DNA of 64,000 nucleotides. It comes from an uncultured Pirellula sp. (GTDB lineage Bacteria; Planctomycetota; Planctomycetia; Pirellulales; Pirellulaceae). The translations under genes and the position numbers were made by a program. Shown one piece after another: positions 30,701 through 40,443 of this stretch. The notes under the pieces are model-generated. The model did no database searches. It was not told the DNA's origin and saw only the letters and a program-made list of their open reading frames with translations. The stretch is from positions 684 through 64,683 of the forward strand of contig CAIOHR010000268.1 of assembly GCA_903858115.1 (NCBI GenBank), in the 5' to 3' direction. The number at the start of each line of letters is the position of its first letter. Within the stretch, counting starts at the first letter, position 1.

Positions 30701-31008
30701 GTCCGGACACGGGCGCGAAAGCAGTCGCCGCTGAAACGGAAGCGATCGAGTTGTTGCTCAAATCAAAACGAGTGAATCCGAAGAAGTCGAGTGGTGGCGG
30801 AGGATCGGATCCTGGTGGAGGAGGTGGTGGAACTACGGACGAAGCGGCGATTGCGATGATCGGTCCAGGGATGAACCAGCAAGAACAGCGACAGGATCAC
30901 GGAGTTTCGCAGCAAACAGGAACTAGCGGTGCGAGTTTGCCAGAAGAGTTCCGTTACGGACTAGACGAGTATTTTCAGAGAATAGATCGCAAGAATCTAA
31001 GACAATGA
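27712..31008 (+). CDS. Large membrane-anchored coiled-coil protein (DUF4175-like architecture)
   Basis: Three N-terminal TM segments, beta-rich region, DDFGI motif, long helical part, C-terminal LPEEFRYGLDEYFQRI; ATG at 27712 (track 27652). Confidence 0.8.
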   Translation: METKSQLQVPESLTTQIREYRSVVRIRKIAEAIGIAVTAVLVGFAVVFATDRFLDSTPWFRTLVWIASMVGVAVLPFAWRRWVLKLRTLESVAKLLSKKLPAVGDSLLGALELSANAQEQNRSPVLCQAALEQVAKDTSKRNLLDSLPASKHRGWCSAAMAGLAMTGGLTVAFPQASLNAWQRFLLPLASIERFTFTSLESLPKKIVVPYGEDFNVSLRLAAGTQWTPMNARAQVGRLPDIEVGHQEGIYDFEIPAQLQSTSLNFAVGDASPSMEVIPSMRPELESLSATIQLPAYLQIPETFNKDIRGGALTIVRGASLQFQSRTTKEIASATANSKSLPVKEGSFVLPSFEVSEPTRIELEWRDTDGLQAKAPFPLMIQSIEDEQPAVFGDGLPKARVVLETEQIQFTVRSLDDFGIRHVGLEWKTIESSPSIPDEKGEFMLAKGSPTSQSLDAIATFQATAMKIPSRPVEVRLFTEDYLPERGRMYSSPHLLYVLNPNDHAVWMLDQITKWQRESLEVRDRELQLLAANKQIRDLSVEELNQEETRTRIEQQASAELSNGRRLNNLTAKGEELLRQAARNPEIGVGHLEKWAEMQKILKDIASNRMPSVADLLKQAAASKQLAKNTPNGPAKDSKSSPTAGKIQPSETPPANGESEPQPPSANASAPSVVDQESSQQPVDPSQLASNSKPKKSGPAALRLPSTTLMGTAGKGEDAEQEEEEEQNEVEQAVNKQEELLAEFQKVADELNELMGNLEGSTLVKRLKAASREQGEIADSTGSELSDAFGISSQRMKSEQLARVKDLSGRETKAVDFVSLIVDDMQGFHDRRPSEKFESVLAEIKKEDVVGGLRRLSDTIVEHQGLAIAEAEFWSDTLDRWAEDIVDPAGKGECKGSKSKSSLPPSIVLEVMQVLEEEMNLRDRTRVAEQSKAASSNEEYMDKVDELANTQISLQERIVAVKKKIIALPDSEAEFEKEIGLMGEVSAVMLDAATLLDSPDTGAKAVAAETEAIELLLKSKRVNPKKSSGGGGSDPGGGGGGTTDEAAIAMIGPGMNQQEQRQDHGVSQQTGTSGASLPEEFRYGLDEYFQRIDRKNLRQ

Positions 31009-31808
31009 AATCACTCCGTTTCGTTCTTTCTGTATTCTCGGTTGGAATATGTACGTGCGCGATGCAAATAGCATTTGCGCAAGAGGAGGCAATCCGTGCG
31101 GCCCCAAGGATGTTGCCCGAGCAGCCCGCATTGAACCCAAAGGATGCGGTGTATCGCCAAGTTCGAGGTCTTTTCCAGAATGAGCTCACCGTTATCTACA
31201 CGGTTTGTTCACCCGACGCGGTTCAGAGTCAGACGTTGGTAGATACCGTAGAAGAGCAATGGCAACTCAAATCTCGACGAGAAGTTGCGAAGCGTTTCGC
31301 ACCACATGTCTACGGTACGGTCGATCTGGATGGTTTGGTCGAACGAACGATGCAGACGTGGGTGAGTGAATTGCTAACGAAAGAGCAGGCTTCTCTATAC
31401 GATGCGGAGCTTTCCGATCGAATGACTTATCGTCGACAGGCCTTGATTTCCAAGATGTTGATTTGGTTGCAACAAAAGCTTCAATTGTCCGCTGACCAAA
31501 TGGACAAAGTGCAAGAGGTCTTGGAGGCAAAGTGGAAGGATCGATGGTTCCGATCGATCGAAGCAACCTTTGACAACGAATCGTTGTTTCCAGAAGTCAA
31601 CCCTTCGTGGTTAGATACGATCCTTACGTACGCTCAACGCAACGCACTCGCGATTCGCGTTCCTCAGTCTCGCATTGCTGCGGTCAGTCAAGAGTATCCG
31701 TCGCTCGATTTGAAGGTTCGGTTTAGCATCGGAGGCATCGAAAGCAGAGCGCAAGTCAAACTTGATCTGGAGGATGATAAAACAAAACCTCCGGTCCTAG
31801 AGAGATAG
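31005..31808 (+). CDS. Secreted helical hypothetical protein (LTxxQ-like motifs)
   Basis: Signal peptide ending IAFA-Q; ELLTKEQ, LQLSADQ, ILTYAQ; ATGA overlap with the upstream stop. Confidence 0.75.
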   Translation: MKSLRFVLSVFSVGICTCAMQIAFAQEEAIRAAPRMLPEQPALNPKDAVYRQVRGLFQNELTVIYTVCSPDAVQSQTLVDTVEEQWQLKSRREVAKRFAPHVYGTVDLDGLVERTMQTWVSELLTKEQASLYDAELSDRMTYRRQALISKMLIWLQQKLQLSADQMDKVQEVLEAKWKDRWFRSIEATFDNESLFPEVNPSWLDTILTYAQRNALAIRVPQSRIAAVSQEYPSLDLKVRFSIGGIESRAQVKLDLEDDKTKPPVLER

Positions 31809-31814
31809 GAGAGT

Positions 31815-32639
31815 ATGATGACTTGGAGCACTCAAAGTTTTGTTGGTAGGACGATCATTCTAGGAATGATGATGTTGTATGGTTTTGAGAGTCACGGGTT
31901 TGCGCAGCCACGCCCAGCGCGAGTAGACGATCCGTTTGGGGTTCAAGCAGATCCGTTTGGAAATAACATTCACGGCAAGCTGAGTCGCGGTGAGATGGAG
32001 GATATGTTGTACGGTTCACTCGGTGGATCGAGACAGGCTTTTCGACGGATGAGAAGAGACACCATTCAGCGGTACATCGATCGAATTGACAACGTTTGTA
32101 GATTATCGGATGACCAAAAGAACAAAATCGACCAATCGATCGAAATAGATATCGCCAGGACGGAGTCCAAGGTAGCGTCGCTATTGAGTGAGATCCAGGA
32201 TTCTACCCCTGGGATCAAGAAGAATGCGGTTTACAACGAAGCCTGGAAGAGTATCCACACGATCCAACGCGAACAGGCAAACGATGCCTCGAGCCTGTGG
32301 AGGAAAGTGCTGAAATCTAGCTTGACCTCGGAGCAGAATGCAAAGCTTGAAGATGACCAAAAGCGCATCGTGGCTCGAGAAGCCGAAGCAAAAAAGTTGC
32401 GGTTGGTTTTGCTGGTTCAACGTAAGCTTGGGATGCATCTCGCTCAGCGAAGGGCCTTTTCTGACTTTTTGTTTCGCCCTGAAAACAATTCGGTTTTGAC
32501 TTTAACGGACATCAAGAACGCCATCGGAAAACTCTCCGATGCGGAAAGAAAGTCGCTTATGACAGAGGCGCAGTTGTCTAATCTGGATGCTATGGGCGAA
32601 CGACTTCCTCCCGTTCCTGGCGATGATCCATTCGGTTGA
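31815..32639 (+). CDS. Secreted helical hypothetical protein (LTxxQ-like motifs)
   Basis: GGAG RBS; signal peptide; RLSDDQ, SLTSEQ, LMTEAQ. Confidence 0.75.
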   Translation: MMTWSTQSFVGRTIILGMMMLYGFESHGFAQPRPARVDDPFGVQADPFGNNIHGKLSRGEMEDMLYGSLGGSRQAFRRMRRDTIQRYIDRIDNVCRLSDDQKNKIDQSIEIDIARTESKVASLLSEIQDSTPGIKKNAVYNEAWKSIHTIQREQANDASSLWRKVLKSSLTSEQNAKLEDDQKRIVAREAEAKKLRLVLLVQRKLGMHLAQRRAFSDFLFRPENNSVLTLTDIKNAIGKLSDAERKSLMTEAQLSNLDAMGERLPPVPGDDPFG

Positions 32640-32654
32640 TAGAAAGAATGCTGA

Positions 32655-33770
32655 TTGATGCAAACACCAGTCTTTAAGATCGTCAAATCCACGCTTTCGG
32701 TGGGCTTGCTACAATGCCTTGTAGGTGCATTGTGGCTAATGCTTTATTGCGTAGGGAGTCCTGCGCTTGCTCAGACATCTCCACCTTGGAGAGAAGGTAC
32801 TATCCAGGGACAAGCGGTTTCCAGAGAAGTCCGCGAGATGTATGAGAAGGGACTGGAGTGGATGATTGCAAACCAGTCGGAAAATGGAGACTGGCAATCG
32901 GCCAACAATCCAGGCCCAGGTGCTACCGGGCTTTGCCTGATGGCGTTTCTGGCTTACGGCGAGGATCCGAATTATGGCATTCATCAGCAGCCGATCAAAC
33001 GAGGGTTGCAGGCACTGATTCGGGATCAAGACCCGAGGACTGGTTATCTAGGTGGGAGTATGTATCACCATGGCTTTGCGACTCTAGCCTTAGCCGAAGC
33101 TTATGGTGCGGTCGACGAGCGAAATTTCTGGGCCGATTCGAAAGTGCCAGAGGCCCAACGGCGTTCCATAGGGGAAGCGCTCGAGTTAGCGGTGCGAACG
33201 TCGATCACGAGCCAAGACAAGAACAGTACAGGTGGATGGCGATACGCCCCAAATTCCAGCGATGCGGATACTTCGGTTTCGGGTGCGATTCTCGTCTCGC
33301 TCTTGGCTGCACGAAACGCGGGTATCGAGGTACCCGATAAAAACATTGATCGAGCTATTTCTTACTTCACGAGCATGACGTCCAAAAGTGGACAGGTGGC
33401 GTATGCAGGAGGTCTAGGTGGGTACGATGAGTCGCAGGCTCGAATCTCGATTGCGACGCTCGTATATGCCATCGCTGGACGCAAAGATCTGAAAGAGTTC
33501 AAGGCATGCGCAACGTTCTTGAAAGCAAAGGACGCTATCAAAGTCGGAGATCACTATGGAGAATACACCGCGTATTATAAGGCTCAAGCACTTTTCCAAG
33601 CCGACTTCGAAGCTTGGGAGAAGTGGAACAAAATCTTAATCAAAGAACTCAAGCAAACGCAAAAAGCGGACGGTCATTTTGACGGTAGCTTTGGACCGAG
33701 TGTTGCGACCTCGATGTCTCTTCTATCACTTGCACTCAACTTTCGATTCCTGCCAATTTATGAACGATAG
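32655..33770 (+). CDS. Secreted prenyltransferase/squalene-oxidase-repeat protein
   Basis: QSENGDW, MYHHGFATLALAEAYG, GGWRY...DADTSVS, QKADGHF motifs; signal peptide ending ALA-Q. Confidence 0.88.
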   Translation: MMQTPVFKIVKSTLSVGLLQCLVGALWLMLYCVGSPALAQTSPPWREGTIQGQAVSREVREMYEKGLEWMIANQSENGDWQSANNPGPGATGLCLMAFLAYGEDPNYGIHQQPIKRGLQALIRDQDPRTGYLGGSMYHHGFATLALAEAYGAVDERNFWADSKVPEAQRRSIGEALELAVRTSITSQDKNSTGGWRYAPNSSDADTSVSGAILVSLLAARNAGIEVPDKNIDRAISYFTSMTSKSGQVAYAGGLGGYDESQARISIATLVYAIAGRKDLKEFKACATFLKAKDAIKVGDHYGEYTAYYKAQALFQADFEAWEKWNKILIKELKQTQKADGHFDGSFGPSVATSMSLLSLALNFRFLPIYER

Positions 33771-36630
33771 AAGTAAAGCCAACATTCGATCTACGTTTCT
33801 CGCGTTAGTTCTTTGCATGGTATGGTCTGGCTCTCAAGTTGGAGTAGCTACTGAACCGAATGCGACCCGAGTGGGCACACTGCGTCTAAGTGATGGAGAC
33901 GTATTCAAAGGGGAGTTTTCTTCTAGCGGCGAACCCGATCAGACCGATAAATCGAAGAATGAGTTAGAGAATCCGTCTCCTTTTTTTCATTGGTCCTGCC
34001 CGACATTTCGAGAGCCGTTGCGAGCGAATTGGAACAAAGTGGAGTCGATTACCTTCGATCGAAAGAGCGCCAAAGAACGTGGAAAAGTCGATCGCGAGTT
34101 GTTCGTGCTCGAGTTTAGGTCGGGGGACTGCGTCACCGGTACGATCGAATCGTTGAACAGCGATATTGTTCAGTTTCGTTCTGAGAGGTTTCGTGAGCAA
34201 TCGATCGCGATTGGGTCGATCCGAACGATACTCCGTATTGTGGATGGAGATGAAAAAGAGGCGGGCTCTCTTTCACCAAAGCAATGGCAGCAAACTCACC
34301 CACCCTCTCAAGGCGAGAACGATAGATGCTGGTTTCCTAAAGTGGGTTCCATCACAACGGAGACAGCGGGAACTTCGGTTGCTCAAGAAATCTACGTTCC
34401 AGATGTGAGCGCGATGGATATCGATGTCGCATGGACACATTCGAGTCCCAATTGGGTGATCACACTTGGCTCGCCACGAAAACTGGAACTTCACGTTCGT
34501 AAGATAGAGCATCGCAACTCGCTTTCGGTGACGTTGCTATTTGAAGAGAACGAACATGCGGATATCGCGACCGCGATCGTACCATTCGAGGGGCTGGAGT
34601 CGATCCGACTGCGAGTGTTGTCGGACTATATTCGAGGGCGATTTGCTTTGCAGCGCAATGGAGAGACGATCGGAGAGATTCGTGGAAAAGAGAAAATTCG
34701 GAGTGGAGGTAAGCAGTTACTAAAGCTGACTAACAATGCGCAGGGTGGGTTGGTCCTTCGTGAGCTTCGAGTGACCCGTTCTATCTATTCGGTGAAGGAT
34801 GTATCGAAAGATATTGAGATAGCGAAAGAGACAGCTCAATCCAAAATCATGCTGCGCAATAGTGAGGATTACACAGGTGCGCCAAGCGACTTCCGCTCGT
34901 CAGATCGCACGTTTTCACTTGCAGGATCCGCGAGTTCTCTCGGAAGGATCGCAATTGCCGATGTGGAACGAATGGAGTTCTCGGACAACGAACCGTCTGA
35001 TCGTCCAGCAGGAGCGAAGTGGCCGTCGCGCGATGCGAATGCGAGCGAATTTTGTTTCGTAGAATTGGAACAGGGGGAGAGGTTTTCTGGAAAATCATTG
35101 CAACAGGTTGGTGATGTGATTCGAATCCTGGGGTCTCCAGTCGCAGATTCGATTCCCTGTGAATTGGATCGCATTGTTTCTATTCAGTATCAACGAATTG
35201 CACCCAAGTCCGAAGCATCCGTGGAAAGCAGCGAACGAAGATTGCGTCTGACGACTCCCGATGCATTTACTCATGGTTCATTGGCTGAGTCAGCAAAAGT
35301 CGATGGAGCTACCGCAGTAGCATCTGCCATACGATGGAAAGCCAATAGTATTGAGCAGCCAGTTGCGTTTCGATCCGATGCAAGCGGTACGATAGACTTT
35401 ATTGCAAACACAGAGGATAAGCCCGCAACGCCTAGATTGCGTTCATCGCAGAATCGAGTCGAGTCCTATGGCAGAATACTCGAGCCTGGCGAGCCATCGT
35501 TGTATCTCTTAAGCGGAGACAGTGTACCTGCGGATATTGAATCGTTGCGAGATGGAATTATGTCTCTGGGATCTACGTATTTTGGTGATGCAAAGATCGA
35601 TGCGAACTTGATCAAGGGCGTTCGCAATTTGGTTTATTCTGGAGCGGATGCGATTGCAAAAGAAACATTAGAGCGATTGCTTATGGTCCCGCGAACACAG
35701 CGCAGCAATCCTCCAACTCACCTGGTCGTATCACGCGAAGGAGATGCAGTTCGCGGTCGATTGCTAGAAATGGATACCGATACTCTCCTGTTAGAAGTGC
35801 GTGGAGAAGAGCGAAGACTATGGATGAAGAACATCGCGGAAGTGATATGGCTCGATCCTGCCCCTTCCTTAGACAAGTCGAAAGAGCCACTTCAAGTTGC
35901 GTCTGAAGAGAGTAGTCCGTCCGCACCCGATCGTCCATTGACCTTTCAGGTTCTATTGGGGTTGGGAACGAGGATCAGTCTTGTTCCTTCTGCGATACGT
36001 TCAGCCACCATCGAGGGCACGCATCCACAATTGGGAGAAGCCAAAGTGCCATTAGAGGATTGTATTCGTATTGTCTTTGGGGATGAGATAGTCGCGACGG
36101 CGAAAACCAGTCGCTTTGCCAAATGGAAACTACGGCATGCGATCGATCCAAAGTTTGTGGAAGAGGAGCAGAAGGATTCTGGCCAAGCCGCAAATTCGCT
36201 GGTGGGGAAACCGGCTCCACCCATTTCCGTAGAGCGACTCGATGGTTCGACGCTCGAACTTGGGCAGCTCCGGGGTAAAGTTGCTGTATTGGATTTTTGG
36301 GCGAGTTGGTGCGGCCCCTGCATGAAGAGCTTGCCGGAAATCGTTCAACTGACGGGTGAGTTTGAAGAGGATGTTGTTTTGGTTGCGATCAATGTGGACG
36401 AAGCTCAGCAGATTGTTCGAGCAAACGCTGCAGCGCTTGACATAGTGTCCTCAGTTGCCATGGATAAAAACAGTGTCGCATCTAAAACCTATGGGGCCGA
36501 CTCTATTCCCTTTACCGTAATCATCGACCGTACTGGTGTCGTTAGAAATGTTTTTGTGGGGGCTGGCGAAGATACGCCACTGAAGATCCGCGAAGCCATT
36601 GCGAAAGCGATGGAGACGACGGCTCCATGA
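33760..36630 (+). CDS. Large secreted protein with C-terminal TlpA-like thioredoxin domain
   Basis: LDFWASWCGPC; repeated beta modules of the type LxxGDxxxG; ATG at 33760 (track 33679). Confidence 0.85.
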   Translation: MNDRSKANIRSTFLALVLCMVWSGSQVGVATEPNATRVGTLRLSDGDVFKGEFSSSGEPDQTDKSKNELENPSPFFHWSCPTFREPLRANWNKVESITFDRKSAKERGKVDRELFVLEFRSGDCVTGTIESLNSDIVQFRSERFREQSIAIGSIRTILRIVDGDEKEAGSLSPKQWQQTHPPSQGENDRCWFPKVGSITTETAGTSVAQEIYVPDVSAMDIDVAWTHSSPNWVITLGSPRKLELHVRKIEHRNSLSVTLLFEENEHADIATAIVPFEGLESIRLRVLSDYIRGRFALQRNGETIGEIRGKEKIRSGGKQLLKLTNNAQGGLVLRELRVTRSIYSVKDVSKDIEIAKETAQSKIMLRNSEDYTGAPSDFRSSDRTFSLAGSASSLGRIAIADVERMEFSDNEPSDRPAGAKWPSRDANASEFCFVELEQGERFSGKSLQQVGDVIRILGSPVADSIPCELDRIVSIQYQRIAPKSEASVESSERRLRLTTPDAFTHGSLAESAKVDGATAVASAIRWKANSIEQPVAFRSDASGTIDFIANTEDKPATPRLRSSQNRVESYGRILEPGEPSLYLLSGDSVPADIESLRDGIMSLGSTYFGDAKIDANLIKGVRNLVYSGADAIAKETLERLLMVPRTQRSNPPTHLVVSREGDAVRGRLLEMDTDTLLLEVRGEERRLWMKNIAEVIWLDPAPSLDKSKEPLQVASEESSPSAPDRPLTFQVLLGLGTRISLVPSAIRSATIEGTHPQLGEAKVPLEDCIRIVFGDEIVATAKTSRFAKWKLRHAIDPKFVEEEQKDSGQAANSLVGKPAPPISVERLDGSTLELGQLRGKVAVLDFWASWCGPCMKSLPEIVQLTGEFEEDVVLVAINVDEAQQIVRANAAALDIVSSVAMDKNSVASKTYGADSIPFTVIIDRTGVVRNVFVGAGEDTPLKIREAIAKAMETTAP

Positions 36631-37472
36631 TTCGACCATGGATTACTCTGACCACGGACTTTGGTTCCAGTTTCTATGTTGGTCAGATGAAGGGTTGTTT
36701 GGCCAGACTCATTCCGCATGCGCAGGTGATCGACATTACGCATGCGATCACTCCGCAGAACATTGTGGAGGGTGCGATTGTCCTTCAAGATTCGATTCCC
36801 CATTTTCCAGAAGGATCCATCCATATCGCCGTCGTGGATCCTGGCGTAGGAACATCGCGAGCTCTCGTGGCGGCCGAGATCGGTCCGTGGATCCTGATCG
36901 GTCCTGACAACGGATTATTGTCTGCGATAGCTTCCGATTGGCCTGTTGGTCAGATTGTCAAGTTAACGAATTCGAGGTTGTGGAATTCAACCGTGAGTCC
37001 AACCTTTCACGGCCGGGACATCATGGTACCCGTAGCGGCTACTATCGCAGGTGGAGTTTCCCTCTCCGAGCTCGGGGAACCGCTATATGGGTTAGCCCCG
37101 AGTCCCATATCGCCAATTCAGGTCTTGGCCAAAAAGGTCCTAGGGATGACCGTTTCAAGCGATTCTTTCGGCAATTTGTTGACAAATATCCGCGGGAGAG
37201 AGTTGAACGCACTCGGGAGAACGATGAGTTCCGCCGATTCCGTAACGATTCAGTGGATAGACAAGGGGATCGAAAATCGGAGGAAATTGCCGTGGATTCG
37301 AACCTACGGGGAACGCCCGTCCGGGACGCTGGTCGCGATCGTTGGTTCTTCGGATCGTATGGAGATTGGCGTCGTCGGCGGTAACGCCAAAGAACTGTTC
37401 GAAAATGAACGACCTACGGTACAAATTCGGCTCGCCACAACCGAAGAAGATGTTGATACAATTTTGCCTTGA
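36627..37472 (+). CDS. DUF62 SAM hydroxide adenosyltransferase (SAM hydrolase, fluorinase/chlorinase superfamily)
   Basis: ITLTTDFG, IDITH, VVDPGVG..R, TFHGRDI, DSFGNLLTNI motifs. Confidence 0.92.
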   Translation: MIRPWITLTTDFGSSFYVGQMKGCLARLIPHAQVIDITHAITPQNIVEGAIVLQDSIPHFPEGSIHIAVVDPGVGTSRALVAAEIGPWILIGPDNGLLSAIASDWPVGQIVKLTNSRLWNSTVSPTFHGRDIMVPVAATIAGGVSLSELGEPLYGLAPSPISPIQVLAKKVLGMTVSSDSFGNLLTNIRGRELNALGRTMSSADSVTIQWIDKGIENRRKLPWIRTYGERPSGTLVAIVGSSDRMEIGVVGGNAKELFENERPTVQIRLATTEEDVDTILP

Positions 37473-37558
37473 GCAATGGCCGTGCGAGCGGGCCAATCCA
37501 GATTATTGGGTATAGATTTCCTTCGAACAAGTTTCCTCGAGAAGAGAACTTTTTAGCC

Positions 37559-37846
37559 GTGTCAGCAAAAATTTTAGGAAGCGTTGTCGAGATAAGCTCG
37601 GCAGGAGACTTGATTACTGATTTAACCTCCGAGAAGCTGGCAGGCATTGATCATGGCGAAGAAACCAAGATAGTCGTAGATGACGAATTCGAGACGTTCG
37701 GGATCTATGGATTAGATCACAAGCAACCAGAGATGACCTTGATAGCCATCTTGGAAGAAGGGCAACCGCTCCGTTTGCATTTGGTTTCTGATTCCGCTTC
37801 GATGATGTTGGGAGTGCGAAAAGGCGCCAAGATCGAGGTTAGCTAG
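37559..37846 (+). CDS. Stand-alone DUF62 C-terminal-domain-like protein
   Basis: GSVVEISSAGDLITDL...TLIAIL...SASMMLGVRKGAKIEV parallels the C-terminal domain of DUF62 enzymes; GTG at 37559 is the likely start (track 37469). Confidence 0.7.
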   Translation: MSAKILGSVVEISSAGDLITDLTSEKLAGIDHGEETKIVVDDEFETFGIYGLDHKQPEMTLIAILEEGQPLRLHLVSDSASMMLGVRKGAKIEVS

Positions 37847-37910
37847 ATCGTTGGACAGCTTGATTGGATGACTAGTGTTTGTGTTGCCAATCATCAATTC
37901 CGTCAGTTGT

Positions 37911-39062
37911 TCATATTGCAGAATGAACTACTGGCTCGGGATGCGATGCGCCTCCAATGCCTTTACGGACTCGCACCAAAATGGGTTCGCGAACGCCCAC
38001 GGAGTTTCGGATAAAGGATCGCATACGGTGGATCATCGTTTCCGTGAGTTCATGTCCGCTCCTCAGTAAGACTTCACCGTCTCCTGTGAGGACATCGTTT
38101 TCAAGGATCATACCTTCGAGAAGTTCTGCAACGGACAAGGATCGAAGTTCTTGAGGACCTAGAATGATTTCCGCGAATGCTTCAACGGCTGCTTCGTCGT
38201 ACGGCGTGTTGAATTCCTGAAGGTATCGTATCGACAGCGCAGGTGAGCGACTTTGAATCAACACGTCATACTCGATGAGCATTCGAAGTATGCGAGCTCC
38301 ACGCTCGATATTCTCTGGAAGCTTGTCTGGCGAATCACTTAGGTATTGGCCTCGGATCATCGATGCAATTTTGTCGAGCCTAGGAATCTTTGCAATGAGT
38401 GCACTGCTTGCGTCCGCCTGTTGTCTAAGATGTCCTATTTCGACATGGAGGTCACCGACTGTCGTGGTGCCTGGAGCTACGCACATCATGCTACCCACTT
38501 GAGATAGCATGGCGGCAATCTCATTCTGCCAAGCATCCTGCAATTGCAGTTTGGAGGAAATCGATCGTGTCCATTGTCGCAACCTACCACTACGACCAAA
38601 TGCTTTTGGGCTGGCGATAGCAAGCAGTTCATTGATCAGTCCGACACACCCAGAAAGAGTCTTTGATAGTAATTCCCGTTCGGCTGTAATCAATTGGTAC
38701 TGTGCGAGACCGTCCTCGATCACCCCGGAGAGCATTTCTATTGGACAAGGTTTGTTCAGAAATCGAAAGATAGAACCATCATTGACCGCATCAACGGCAG
38801 TCTGCTGATCCACATTGCCTGTCAACATCACGCGTACGGTGTCAGGGGCCAAACTACGGGCAGTCGACAAAACTTTGAGCCCATCTATTTCCGGCATCTG
38901 CATATCGCTGATGACGAGAGCGAATGGGCCGTTTGTCGTCAACTGCTGGATTGCCGAAGCACCGCCTTCCGCTAGAACTAGGTCGTATTTTCCTCGCAGA
39001 CTGCGGCGAAATCCGCGCAATAGGTTGGGTTCATCATCGACGAGAAGGACACGATTGTTCAT
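37911..39062 (-). CDS. Response regulator with degenerate HD-like output domain
   Basis: REC (VDDE, SDMQMP, LTG, NKP); AAMLSQVG in place of LHDIG; no GYP motif. Confidence 0.85.
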   Translation of the reverse strand: MNNRVLLVDDEPNLLRGFRRSLRGKYDLVLAEGGASAIQQLTTNGPFALVISDMQMPEIDGLKVLSTARSLAPDTVRVMLTGNVDQQTAVDAVNDGSIFRFLNKPCPIEMLSGVIEDGLAQYQLITAERELLSKTLSGCVGLINELLAIASPKAFGRSGRLRQWTRSISSKLQLQDAWQNEIAAMLSQVGSMMCVAPGTTTVGDLHVEIGHLRQQADASSALIAKIPRLDKIASMIRGQYLSDSPDKLPENIERGARILRMLIEYDVLIQSRSPALSIRYLQEFNTPYDEAAVEAFAEIILGPQELRSLSVAELLEGMILENDVLTGDGEVLLRSGHELTETMIHRMRSFIRNSVGVREPILVRVRKGIGGASHPEPVVHSAI

Positions 39063-39066
39063 TAAC

Positions 39067-40443
39067 TTACTCGCTCGCCATCTTAGATGTACTGCGTTGA
39101 ACGATCGGCAATGCTAGGTGGAAAGTGGTTCCCTGATTTTCGGTTGAATCAAAGGTAATCTTGCCACCGTGCATTTTCACCACGATGTTGTAACAGATCG
39201 CGAGACCCTGGCCAGTTCCTTTTCCGACACCTTTCGTCGTGAAGAATGGATCGAAGATACGATCTCGAATCGCGACAGGAATCCCTGTTCCCGAATCTTC
39301 GATGTCGATGATGACAAAGTCATCTTCGACGCGAGTGCTAATGGTAAGCTTTCCCAGCGAGTCCAGTTTTTTTGCTTGGATGGCATGTGCACCGTTCACA
39401 ATCAGATTGAGGAACGCTTGGTTGAGTTCTCCAGGCAAGCACATAATTCTTGGCAAATTGGGGGAAAGATGGGTCTCGACGGAAGCGCAATACTTCCATT
39501 CGTTTCGAGAAACCGTAATCGTACTTTCGAGAGAACTGTTCAGATCAACCTCTTGGAATTCTTTAGTTCCAGGATGCGAGAAGACTTTCATGGCTCTCAC
39601 AATGCGCGCAACATTATCGGCTCCCTGTAGTGTCTGATCGATCGCCAGAGGAATTTCTTCGCGCACGAAGTTGACGTCGTGGAATTTGTACGTTTCCTTG
39701 ATGGAGTCGATAGTTTTCTGCGTAGTCTCGCTTCCAGCATCTGCGTCTAGGATTTGATCGATCGAGAGTAAAATTTCCTCGATCACTTGAAACGACTCTT
39801 TGAGAAAGCGAGTGTTATCTCCAACGAATTGAATCGGCGTGTTTAGTTCATGCGCGATTCCAGCAGCTAGCTGACCAACGGACTCGAGTTTCTGCGCGTG
39901 GGCCAATTGGGATTCCAGAGCTTTCCTGCGTGTGAGATCCCTGACAATGCCGCTATACGAGGTTCGGTCGCCGTGTTCAAACGCGCTCACAACAAACTCG
40001 ACCGGTATGCTGGCTCCATCAGCCCGATGTCCCCAAATTTCACTTCTATCACTCGTGAGTGCCATGAGATTGTGGATGAAGCGCTCGCGATTGTCAGACT
40101 TGCAGAAGGCTGACTGCGGCAACAGAGAGCAGATATTGAGTTCCATACAGTCGGAGCTTTGTAAACCAAAAATCACTCGAGCAGCTTCATTGAGTGCTTC
40201 AATTTTCCCGTCATGTTCGAAGATGATAATGCCTTCCGCGGCCGTATCAAAGATGGCCTTGGTTCGTTTCGCTTCGCGTTCTAAAGCTTTTGAGGATTGG
40301 ATCAGTTCAAGGTTTGCTTGGTAGAGAAGCCGGCTCTTTTCTTCCAGCAAAGTTTCTGCTTGTTTTCGAGCAAATCGCTCACGCTCTAGCATTCTAGTGA
40401 GAGTATCAGCCGAATCATTTGTCCCAGCCGTAGAAGTCGACAT
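39067..40443 (-). CDS. Soluble PAS-domain sensor histidine kinase
   Basis: N-terminal coiled coil, [14 protein letters not shown]-box, NLIVNG, FFTTK, GTGQGL; no TM. ATG at 40443 (track 40542). Confidence 0.92.
   Translation of the reverse strand: MSTSTAGTNDSADTLTRMLERERFARKQAETLLEEKSRLLYQANLELIQSSKALEREAKRTKAIFDTAAEGIIIFEHDGKIEALNEAARVIFGLQSSDCMELNICSLLPQSAFCKSDNRERFIHNLMALTSDRSEIWGHRADGASIPVEFVVSAFEHGDRTSYSGIVRDLTRRKALESQLAHAQKLESVGQLAAGIAHELNTPIQFVGDNTRFLKESFQVIEEILLSIDQILDADAGSETTQKTIDSIKETYKFHDVNFVREEIPLAIDQTLQGADNVARIVRAMKVFSHPGTKEFQEVDLNSSLESTITVSRNEWKYCASVETHLSPNLPRIMCLPGELNQAFLNLIVNGAHAIQAKKLDSLGKLTISTRVEDDFVIIDIEDSGTGIPVAIRDRIFDPFFTTKGVGKGTGQGLAICYNIVVKMHGGKITFDSTENQGTTFHLALPIVQRSTSKMASE

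Noticed and set aside
32655-33770. Squalene-hopene or oxidosqualene cyclase
   Set aside because: Single ~370-aa barrel with a signal peptide and no DxDD or DCTAE motif.
36627-37472. Fluorinase or chlorinase assignment
   Set aside because: It retains TFHGRD and the Asp-Arg-His set of SAM hydrolases, which halogenases lack.
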